Positions 1 to 6,880 of a stretch of DNA of 20,765 bases are shown one piece after another. Source of the stretch: a virus. Taxonomy: Duplodnaviria > Heunggongvirae > Uroviricota > Caudoviricetes. The position numbers were made by a program, and so were the translations under genes. Position 1 is the first letter of the stretch, and each line of letters starts with the position of its first letter. The stretch lies in the IMG/VR virus record IMGVR_UViG_2703718852_000001; one strand, given 5' to 3'. The notes under the pieces are model-generated. The model was not told the origin of the DNA and searched no databases. It worked only from the letters and a program-made list of their open reading frames with translations.

Positions 1-19
1 CTATTTGATAAATATTAAA

Positions 20-1315
20 TTAATTTTTCATTGCTTCGTTATGGGGCATGGTTGGGGCAAACTCGCTTAACTGTGTATTTAACAAAGCTACCTGTGCATT
101 ATTGTTTTCAGACATCCATTTTCCGTATACCTGAAATACCATTTGCGCATCTGCATGGCCCATCTGGTTTGCTATAAATGCCGGGTTAGCACCAGCTGTC
201 AGCGACCAGCAGGCATAAGTATGTCTCGACTGATATGATTTTCGATGGCGGAGTCCGGCACGTTTTATCGCTGCGTCCCACATCTGCCTTATTGAGTCAA
301 CGGTAAAATGGTCACCATAATTTTTTACTCTCGCTGACACTTCAGGTTGAAAAACAAAGGTGCATTTTTGTTTTTCTGTTCTGCCATACTCTCTGAGGTG
401 AACATCAATGATATGCTCTTTGCTCAGTCTCGTTAATGTCATCTGACTCCGGAGAGCGTCGATTGCTGGCTTAATAAGATGAATGACCCGATTGGTTCCC
501 GCCTGTGTTTTTGGTACCGTGAAACGGTCTTTTGCTAAATTTCTCCTGATCATCATTGTTCCATTTTTCAGATCTATGTCCTCCCATCCAAGTGCACACA
601 GCTCACCAGGGCGAACTCCAGTATAAACAGAAACACACCATAAATTTTTTGCTTGCTGATTTCTGCACGCATCGATAAGACGGATAAATTCTTCCCGCGA
701 AAGAGGATCCGGAATGGTTCTTGATTCCTTTAATGGCGAGATCCCCTTAAACGGATTATCTGCCAGGTAACCGTTATCAACACCAAACTGGAACACGGCG
801 TTAAGATTTGTCATGTAATTATTTACAGTTACAGCCGATCTCCCTGGTTGTGTAACAATATAGTTACTTTTGGGGATCTGGTATCCAGTCAGTAACTCTT
901 TACGAACCTCCAGTAATTTTTCTTTATTAATCGATGAGGCAAGATTTTTTTCACCGATTATGCTCAGGATATTTTTGATGACGGCACGGTATGTGTTGAG
1001 TGATGTTTTGGCGACTTCAGTTTCTTTCAGTGCCAGAAATTTTTCAGCCAGTTCTTTTATGGTTAAATCTTGTCGGGCCTCACCAAATTTTTCCAGATTG
1101 CGTGAGGAGGGAAACTGTTTTGCATAGTCGAAAACACCAGTTTTTATTGCGTAACAAACAGAGGAGCGTAGTTCACCTGCAACGCGCCTGTTTTTTGCTG
1201 TGTCAGGAACCCCCAGATTTTCCCTGACTCTTACGTCTTTATAAACAAACCAGATACGTAATTTCCCTCCATGGTTTTCCACGCCTGTCGGATATTTCAT
1301 TTCAACTTCTCTCAT
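20..1315 (-). CDS. Phage tyrosine integrase (site-specific recombinase), 431 aa
   Basis: ORF track 20..1315 minus. C-terminal tyrosine-recombinase signature readable in the translation (..SRHTYACW.., ..QMGHAD.., ..VYGKW..) and an N-terminal arm-type domain (KYPTGVENHGGKLRIWF). Sits at the prophage edge, transcribed outward, as lambda int does. Alternative start at the second Met (coordinate 1300). Confidence 0.85.
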   Translation of the reverse strand: MREVEMKYPTGVENHGGKLRIWFVYKDVRVRENLGVPDTAKNRRVAGELRSSVCYAIKTGVFDYAKQFPSSRNLEKFGEARQDLTIKELAEKFLALKETEVAKTSLNTYRAVIKNILSIIGEKNLASSINKEKLLEVRKELLTGYQIPKSNYIVTQPGRSAVTVNNYMTNLNAVFQFGVDNGYLADNPFKGISPLKESRTIPDPLSREEFIRLIDACRNQQAKNLWCVSVYTGVRPGELCALGWEDIDLKNGTMMIRRNLAKDRFTVPKTQAGTNRVIHLIKPAIDALRSQMTLTRLSKEHIIDVHLREYGRTEKQKCTFVFQPEVSARVKNYGDHFTVDSIRQMWDAAIKRAGLRHRKSYQSRHTYACWSLTAGANPAFIANQMGHADAQMVFQVYGKWMSENNNAQVALLNTQLSEFAPTMPHNEAMKN

Positions 1316-1334
1316 TAGTTAGTGTGGCTTTTAG

Positions 1335-1619
1335 TCAAGTAAGATGACGTCTTGGTCTCGCTGATGCCTGGCGCTCAATCCAGCGATCAATTTCTTCCAG
1401 GTTGTAAAAGCATGGACTGTTATCCCATGGCATACCGTCATGAGCGACATGCTTATATTCCCTTCCTTCCATAAACGATTTTTCCCGGGCCTTTTTTAAC
1501 GTACCTTTTTTTATTCCTTTCAGCGCAATTAACTGCTCTTCGGATACGCGGTGGAAGTGCTGCTGATGTCGAATCCTAGCGTGATGACTATGAAGCGGGA
1601 AAAACTCCGGTCGAAGCAT
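1335..1619 (-). CDS. Putative excisionase-like small protein (xis position), 94 aa or shorter
   Basis: ORF ends 19 nt upstream of the int start on the same strand, the slot xis occupies in lambdoid phages. Contains ..EGREYKHV.., reminiscent of the lambda Xis DGREY wing. Function is inferred; the true start may be an internal Met. Confidence 0.35.
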   Translation of the reverse strand: MLRPEFFPLHSHHARIRHQQHFHRVSEEQLIALKGIKKGTLKKAREKSFMEGREYKHVAHDGMPWDNSPCFYNLEEIDRWIERQASARPRRHLT

Positions 1620-1669
1620 ATTGTGATGAGTGGGGCGATGAATGAGCGAGATTAATTATCAGGAAGGGC

Positions 1670-1929
1670 ATGAAACGGCGGGGCAAGCAAAACCAGTGGC
1701 ATGGCGATATCGCTACGTGAAAAAAGGCGTTACGGACTTTCAGGGGAAGTAGTGGTCTGGTGACTGGAAATATGTACCGAAAAAAGAGGATTGTAACGAC
1801 AGGCCGAACTATCAAATTCAGGCCTTATTCACTGCCTCACCAGTCCCAGTTACATCAGAAGAACTGGTTAAAGCTGTGCACTTTTATGAACAACTAAAAC
1901 GCGAAAATCCACCAACATCCGGCAACTAG
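1670..1929 (+). pseudogene. Decayed gene remnant (serial frameshifts, no usable start for the longest frame)
   Basis: Three consecutive short open frames: ATG 1670 to TGA 1720, ATG 1701 to TGA 1763, and a start-less 58-codon frame 1753..1929 ending ..EELVKAVHFYEQLKRENPPTSGN. Consistent with a frameshifted pseudogene. Confidence 0.2.
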
Positions 1930-2183
1930 ATTAATGGATTAACTATGTCGGTTAAACGACCAGCCAACTGAAAAAGCGGAAACCTGATTACAGGTTGCCA
2001 GATAAGGCAATGAGCTACCTGGCGCGGAACGGACTGATAAGTATGGGGAATGTTTTACGATGAACCTTTAGACTAAAGAGTTTGTAACGCTATGTAAGTG
2101 ATTTTTTCTGGTTTAGATATTTATATGTCCGGCCAAATTGAGGTGTGTTTAAATGTAATTGCACATTGATTGTAGGAGGAATA

Positions 2184-2363
2184 ATGAAAAACGCATTGCA
2201 GTTTTTGTTTGTTGCGTTCTGGTTGTTCGCATCATGTATGCCCATCATCTTCACAGCAAGGTATATGGAAAAAGTTGATGTTTTGATATTAATATTTGGA
2301 TATATAAATGCCCTTTTTTTAGGGGTGTTCATGGCGGTCATGTGCATTGAATACTGGCGGTAA
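2184..2363 (+). CDS. Small hydrophobic (predicted two-helix membrane) protein, 59 aa
   Basis: Internal ATG at 2184 of track ORF 2145..2363, preceded by AGGAGG at 2174-2179. Translation MKNALQFLFVAFWLFASCMPIIFTARYMEKVDVLILIFGYINALFLGVFMAVMCIEYWR has two hydrophobic stretches. Lies in an AT-rich segment. Confidence 0.45.
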   Translation: MKNALQFLFVAFWLFASCMPIIFTARYMEKVDVLILIFGYINALFLGVFMAVMCIEYWR

Positions 2364-2559
2364 ATACAGCGAACTCCATTGGTTTAGTTGGATATTTACT
2401 GTGCTGGACAAAAACGGTTTGCGGGGAAATCTTAGTTAAGTAGAATGACTGCGGGTGCTTGAGGCTATCTGCCTCGGGCATGGACACCAACGGCAGATAG
2501 AGAAAAGCCCCAGTTAACATTACGCGTCCTGCAAGACGCTTAACATTAATCTGAGGCCA

Positions 2560-4260
2560 ATTTCATGCTAGACACATGTAGGTTAGCCTCTTACGTGCCG
2601 AAAGGCACGGAGAAGCAGGCTATTGTTAACACCAAGCTGTAATGTCCCCTTTGAACCATTCTAAAATGTCCCCAGACAATTCTCTGGGGGATTTTTCATG
2701 ATCAAAGAGACTGTTACGATGAGTCATAAGGAACTCCACCGACTTCAGATTATTCAGGAACAAGCTGCGGCACGCATTGGCATTTCTATTCGGCAGGTTA
2801 AACGTCTGGTGCAACGGTATAGAAATGAAGGGCCTTCTGGTCTGGTTTCCCACCGACGTGGAAAGCGTCCTAATAATTCCTTTTCTACTGAATTCAGAGC
2901 AACAGTAATTTCACTCCTCAAAGGCCGTTACGCTGATTTTGGACCTACGTTTGCGTGCGAAAAATTGCGCGAGATACACGGTTTATCTTTATCCGTTGAA
3001 ACTCTCAGAAAGTGGATGATAGAAGAGGGGTTATGGCGTGAACGCCGTCGTAAAATTGCCCGTATATATCAACGCCGCATGCGACGACCATCTTACGGTG
3101 AACTGATCCAGATTGATGGCTCACCTCATGACTGGTTTGAAAATCGAGGCCCCAGATGTACACTGATCGTTTTCATTGATGATGCCACCAGTGCGTTGAT
3201 GGCGTTGCGTTTTGTGCCTGCTGAAACAACCCGGGCTTACATGGAAACCCTCCGGGGTTACCTTAATGATCATGGCGTACCGCTCGCTCTCTACTCTGAT
3301 AGACACAGTATATTCAGGGTAAATAACCCAGAGCGGGAAGGTGAGCTGACCCAGTTCACTCGTGCGATAAAGACACTGGGCATCGAGCCAATCCATGCCA
3401 ACAGCCCGCAGGCAAAAGGGCGGGTAGAGCGCGCCAATCAGACACTACAGGACAGGCTGGTCAAAGAAATGCGGCTTCAGAATATCAGTGATATTGAAAC
3501 AGCAAATGCATGGTTGCCGACCTTTATTGAAGCCTATAACAACCGGTTCGCTACGTCGCCTCGTACTACTGATAATGCTCATCTTGATGTGCACCATTCT
3601 GAAGAGGAACTGGGTTATATCTTCAGCCTACAGGCGAAGCGCGTTCTGTCTAAAAATCTCACTTTCCAGTACAAAAGCAGTGCGTTTCAGGTACGCAGTG
3701 AGGGCCGGGGATATCGACTTAGGCATTCGGTTGTTACTGTATGCGAGAACTTTGACGGTGAAATTAACGTTCTGTATGACGGGAAAGCGCTGGGCTGGGA
3801 AAAGTATGTTGATGGCCCGGAGCCTATACCACTGGATGATGAAAAGAGTGTCCATGAACGAGTGGATAATGCCCGTATTGATTTACGCTCAAAATACTAT
3901 GTTAAACCTAAAGCTGACCATCCCTGGCTTACGCGCCGAACGCAAAGTCATCAGCAAGTTAAGCCCCCGAAGTTACCTAAAAAGAAGCCTGATCCCGATA
4001 AAAAAGATTGAAACCAAGATCGATTCGGTTGAGTGCATATCCATTCATAGGGTAGATTCTTAAGTCGCGTTTCTGGTGTTCATTTTCGGGTGGTTTGTTA
4101 CTTGTTTTACCGGGGATATGCCAGAAACGCGCTGAGTCAGTCTGGGCGGTGCGCGTAATGAGGCGTTATGGTAAATAGCCTATGCTAATGTCCGCTAAGA
4201 GCAAGAAGCGGAAGTTGGCAGTTTTGTGGACTGTCCCCACAAAAGTGACTACAGAAATAG
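2560..4260 (+). mobile_element. Insertion sequence carrying the IS481-like transposase; ends not resolved
   Basis: Single transposase ORF with flanking non-coding DNA; I could not identify convincing terminal inverted repeats or a target duplication by eye. Bounds are approximate. Confidence 0.3.
2698..4011 (+). CDS. DDE transposase, IS481-like (retroviral-integrase-type catalytic core), 437 aa
   Basis: Track ORF 2698..4011. N-terminal HTH region (..ISIRQVKRLVQRYRNEGPSGLVSHRRGKRP..) followed by DDE-type motifs (..QIDGSPHDW.., ..LYSDRHSIF.., ..ANSPQAKGRVERANQTL..), as in IS481/IS3-type transposases. Confidence 0.85.
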   Translation: MIKETVTMSHKELHRLQIIQEQAAARIGISIRQVKRLVQRYRNEGPSGLVSHRRGKRPNNSFSTEFRATVISLLKGRYADFGPTFACEKLREIHGLSLSVETLRKWMIEEGLWRERRRKIARIYQRRMRRPSYGELIQIDGSPHDWFENRGPRCTLIVFIDDATSALMALRFVPAETTRAYMETLRGYLNDHGVPLALYSDRHSIFRVNNPEREGELTQFTRAIKTLGIEPIHANSPQAKGRVERANQTLQDRLVKEMRLQNISDIETANAWLPTFIEAYNNRFATSPRTTDNAHLDVHHSEEELGYIFSLQAKRVLSKNLTFQYKSSAFQVRSEGRGYRLRHSVVTVCENFDGEINVLYDGKALGWEKYVDGPEPIPLDDEKSVHERVDNARIDLRSKYYVKPKADHPWLTRRTQSHQQVKPPKLPKKKPDPDKKD

Positions 4261-4404
4261 TTGCAATTCATAATTGATCATGGGTTGTCAGTTAAACTCG
4301 TGGCGATTTAAATAGACTAATTGGGAGTGCGTCCATTACTTATATCTTGTAATGTTAACTATCAGAAATGATACAAAGATAATATGTCTTTAAAGAAAAG
4401 GCTG

Positions 4405-4433
4405 ATGGCGAAAAGTGGCCCGATGAGGGCCAC
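4405..4433 (-). terminator. Intrinsic terminator downstream of flxA
   Basis: Perfect hairpin GTGGCCC-GATGA-GGGCCAC (4415-4433), followed on the minus strand by UUUUCGCC, 15 nt past the flxA stop. Confidence 0.5.
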
Positions 4434-4447
4434 AATACGGCTGTCAC

Positions 4448-4780
4448 TTAGACGTAAATATCAATGGTGCCAGCGGTATTTGTATCGTCTTTTTTCTCTT
4501 CTTTTTTATCAGGCTGAACTGTCGCGTCTTCATTCTTTTTCTCTGCCTGCTGCCTTAACAACTGCTCCAGTTGAGCCCAGAGGCTTTCAATTTGCTTCTG
4601 TACCAATGCAGCCATTTCTTTTTTCTGCTGTGTCGTCATCCCCTCTTCCGATGAGATTTTCCCAAGCTTTTCAGTCAGCACCTGAATTTGTCTTGTGATT
4701 TTGGCTATTTCTGATGTTCCTTCCGGGGCGGAGTTGTTTGAAATAACGGTTGAGGTATTTCCCTGAATTGTGACAGACAT
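4448..4780 (-). CDS. flxA: FlxA, FliA-regulated protein, 110 aa
   Basis: Track ORF 4448..4780 minus (MSVTIQGNTSTVISNN..., acidic/Lys-rich C-terminus). AAGGAG SD upstream; sigma-28 consensus promoter immediately upstream; synteny with ydfV-relBE as in Qin. Confidence 0.85.
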   Translation of the reverse strand: MSVTIQGNTSTVISNNSAPEGTSEIAKITRQIQVLTEKLGKISSEEGMTTQQKKEMAALVQKQIESLWAQLEQLLRQQAEKKNEDATVQPDKKEEKKDDTNTAGTIDIYV

Positions 4781-4803
4781 AGATTTCTCCTTTTAAAAAA
4801 GCA

Positions 4804-4830
4804 CTATCGGCATGCACAAAAAAATCTTTA
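4804..4830 (-). promoter_or_regulatory. Sigma-28 (FliA) class 3 flagellar-type promoter for flxA
   Basis: Minus strand reads TAAAGATT-N11-GCCGATAG, against the sigma-28 consensus TAAAGTTT-N11-GCCGATAA, positioned about 25-50 nt upstream of the flxA ATG. Confidence 0.6.
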
Positions 4831-4982
4831 ATCGTATTTCTTGTGTCATTAATTGTTTGATGTTCAGATTGTTTTCCTCGCGGGCTGGCGCGCCTCAGAA
4901 AGTAAAGCTTGTTGACAGGGGTAAACGTTCGGCAATAATTTTCTGCCGCATGCGGGTGTTGCATAAAACGTGTTACGTTCCT

Positions 4983-5288
4983 TTATCGACAGGTCAGGTC
5001 ACCGCTCACCCGCCGACGAGAAAGCAACACTGACATGCTAAAGCAAAAAATAGATGAATAAGTTGAGTTGTGCATATGTAGCCTGACCGTCACAAAGTAT
5101 ATGGTGTCTGTACCAGTAAGATGATGGCCGGACTCTTTAAAAACGAGCTGACCTGCACAATACAGGATGGACTTAGCAATGGCTGCTCCTGGCACAAAGC
5201 GGACAGTGATCACCGTTCTTACGACTACTTTCTGACTTCCTTCGTGACTTGCCCTAAGCATGTTGTAGTGCGATACTTGTAATGACAT
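4983..5288 (-). CDS. ydfV: Hypothetical protein (ydfV-like ORF), 101 aa; coding status doubtful
   Basis: Track ORF 4983..5288 minus. Its start codon lies inside the relBE operator palindrome, the sequence is low-complexity, and I saw no convincing SD. Confidence 0.3.
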   Translation of the reverse strand: MSLQVSHYNMLRASHEGSQKVVVRTVITVRFVPGAAIAKSILYCAGQLVFKESGHHLTGTDTIYFVTVRLHMHNSTYSSIFCFSMSVLLSRRRVSGDLTCR

Positions 5289-5301
5289 TTGTAATTACAA
5301 G
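5249..5301 (+). promoter_or_regulatory. relBE promoter and operator (relO)
   Basis: TTGCCC (5249-5254), 17-nt spacer, GATACT (5272-5277), overlapping the palindromic operator CTTGTAATGACATTTGTAATTACAAG (5276-5301) immediately upstream of relB. Confidence 0.7.
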
Positions 5302-5312
5302 AGGTGTAAGAC

Positions 5313-5552
5313 ATGGGTAGCATTAACCTGCGTATTGACGATGAACTTAAAGCGCGTTCTTACGCCGCGCTTGAAAAAATGGGTGTAACTCCTTCTGAAG
5401 CGCTTCGTCTCATGCTCGAGTATATCGCTGACAATGAACGCTTGCCGTTCAAACAGACACTCCTGAGTGATGAAGATGCTGAACTTGTGGAGATAGTGAA
5501 AGAACGGCTTCGTAATCCTAAGCCAGTACGTGTGACGCTGGATGAACTCTGA
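5313..5552 (+). CDS. relB: RelB antitoxin, 79 aa
   Basis: Translation MGSINLRIDDELKARSYAALEKMGVTPSEALRLMLEYIADNERLPFKQTLLSDEDAELVEIVKERLRNPKPVRVTLDEL recognised as RelB; stop overlaps the relE start (TGATG). Confidence 0.95.
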   Translation: MGSINLRIDDELKARSYAALEKMGVTPSEALRLMLEYIADNERLPFKQTLLSDEDAELVEIVKERLRNPKPVRVTLDEL

Positions 5553-5839
5553 TGGCGTATTTTCTGGATTTTGACGAGCGGGCACTAAAGGAATGGCGAA
5601 AGCTGGGCTCGACGGTACGTGAACAGTTGAAAAAGAAGCTGGTTGAAGTACTTGAGTCACCCCGGATTGAAGCAAACAAGCTCCGTGGTATGCCTGATTG
5701 TTACAAGATTAAGCTCCGGTCTTCAGGCTATCGCCTTGTATACCAGGTTATAGACGAGAAAGTTGTCGTTTTCGTGATTTCTGTTGGGAAAAGAGAACGC
5801 TCGGAAGTATATAGCGAGGCGGTCAAACGCATTCTCTGA
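5552..5839 (+). CDS. relE: RelE mRNA-interferase toxin, 95 aa
   Basis: Translation MAYFLDFDERALKEWRKLGSTVREQLKKKLVEVLESPRIEANKLRGMPDCYKIKLRSSGYRLVYQVIDEKVVVFVISVGKRERSEVYSEAVKRIL recognised as RelE; translationally coupled to relB. Confidence 0.95.
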   Translation: MAYFLDFDERALKEWRKLGSTVREQLKKKLVEVLESPRIEANKLRGMPDCYKIKLRSSGYRLVYQVIDEKVVVFVISVGKRERSEVYSEAVKRIL

Positions 5840-5910
5840 ACCAAAGCATGACATCTCTGTTTCGCACCGAAGGTGACACTTCTGCTTTGCGTTGACAGGA
5901 GAAGCAGGCT

Positions 5911-6066
5911 ATGAAGCAGCAAAAGGCGATGTTAATCGCCCTGATCGTCATCTGTTTAACCGTCATAGTGACGGCACTGGTAACGAGGAAAGACCTCTGC
6001 GAGGTACGAATCCGAACCGGCCAGACGGAGGTCGCTGTCTTCACAGCTTACGAACCTGAGGAGTAA
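5911..6066 (+). CDS. hokD: HokD (RelF) Hok-family membrane toxin, 51 aa
   Basis: ATG 5911 to TAA 6064-6066, translation MKQQKAMLIALIVICLTVIVTALVTRKDLCEVRIRTGQTEVAVFTAYEPEE. Not in the ORF track (below 60 aa). Directly downstream of relE. Confidence 0.9.
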   Translation: MKQQKAMLIALIVICLTVIVTALVTRKDLCEVRIRTGQTEVAVFTAYEPEE

Positions 6067-6134
6067 GAGACCCGGCGGGGGAGAAATCCCTCGCCACCTC
6101 TGATGTGGCAGGCATCCTCAACGCACCCGCACTT

Positions 6135-6165
6135 AACCCGCTTCGGCGGGTTTTTGTTTTTATTT
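6135..6165 (+). terminator. Intrinsic terminator after hokD
   Basis: Hairpin CCCGC-TTCG-GCGGG (6137-6150) followed by TTTTTGTTTTTATTTT. Confidence 0.6.
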
Positions 6166-6282
6166 TCAACGCGTTTGAAGTTCTGGACGGTGCCGGAATA
6201 GAATCAAAAATACTTAAGTAGCGCGCAGGGATAAGAGGGATGGTCCCTTAAAGGGGAGAGCTAATTATCCGGAAGGATTCTG

Positions 6283-6534
6283 ATGATGAACATCGAAGAA
6301 CTGCGTAAAATTTTTTGTGAAGATGGCCTCTATGCTGTGTGCGTTGAAAATGGAAATCTTGTTAGTCATTACCGCATTATGTGTTTGCGAAAGAATGGGG
6401 CTGCGTTAATTAATTTTGTGGATGCTCGGGTCACGGACGGATTTATCTTGCGCGAAGGTGAGTTTGTCACTTCATTACAGGCATTGAAAGAGATCGGAAT
6501 AAAAGCTGGCTTTTCTGCTTTTTCAGGAGAATAA
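6283..6534 (+). CDS. rem: Rem, small prophage protein, 83 aa
   Basis: Track ORF 6283..6534 (MMNIEELRKIFCEDGLYAVCVENGNLVSHYRIM...); GGAAGGA SD; synteny between hokD and ydfU as in Qin. Confidence 0.8.
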   Translation: MMNIEELRKIFCEDGLYAVCVENGNLVSHYRIMCLRKNGAALINFVDARVTDGFILREGEFVTSLQALKEIGIKAGFSAFSGE

Positions 6535-6600
6535 ACTCATCTACAATCTTGCGCGGGGCTGAACTCCCGCTGAGTAACACCGTGCCACCGGAGAAAACCG

Positions 6601-6879
6601 ATGGCACGCAACGCAAAATATTACAATTCTGATAATTCGCCCGTTCTTGCCTGCACGCACGGGCGGTATTCTCACGCATTCAAGTCTGAATGGTTCCAGC
6701 ACCCTCCATGCACTGCAGAACAGGCCGAATGGCTGATTCATTCTTACCGCAGGCGCGGGTTCGAGGTTAAGAAAGCTCTCAGTCTCGACTATCGGCACTG
6801 GATAATCTCTGTCAGGCTGCCTTATTCCGAACGCCCACCACGTGCGTCCCGCACTTTCCAGCAACGGATCTGGAGGTAA
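6601..6879 (+). CDS. Hypothetical protein, 92 aa, translationally coupled to ydfU
   Basis: Track ORF 6601..6879 with GGAG SD at 6590-6593 (7-nt spacing). Its TAA stop (6877-6879) is 1 nt before the ydfU GTG start and the ydfU GGAGG SD lies within its last codons. Cys/His-containing (..ACTHGRYSHAFKSEWFQHPPCTAEQ..). Not a gene I recognise. Confidence 0.5.
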   Translation: MARNAKYYNSDNSPVLACTHGRYSHAFKSEWFQHPPCTAEQAEWLIHSYRRRGFEVKKALSLDYRHWIISVRLPYSERPPRASRTFQQRIWR

Positions 6880-6880
6880 C

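Noticed and set aside
2594-2607. GTGCCGAAAGGCAC hairpin sharing the GCCGAAAGGCAC 12-mer with the cspA-type 5' UTR
   Set aside because: A short GNRA-tetraloop hairpin; the match is too short to imply a functional relationship with cold-shock UTRs. Kept only as part of the hairpin cluster upstream of the transposase.
2440-2697. Possibility that the hairpin cluster upstream of the transposase is a retron msr/msd-like or other structured ncRNA
   Set aside because: No reverse transcriptase or other partner gene nearby; the hairpins are more simply part of the IS leader or end region. Not testable by eye.
3488-4063. 191-aa plus-strand ORF and other alternative-frame ORFs within the transposase gene (3121-3396, 3628-3855)
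   Set aside because: Embedded in or overlapping the well-supported 437-aa transposase frame; no independent start signals.
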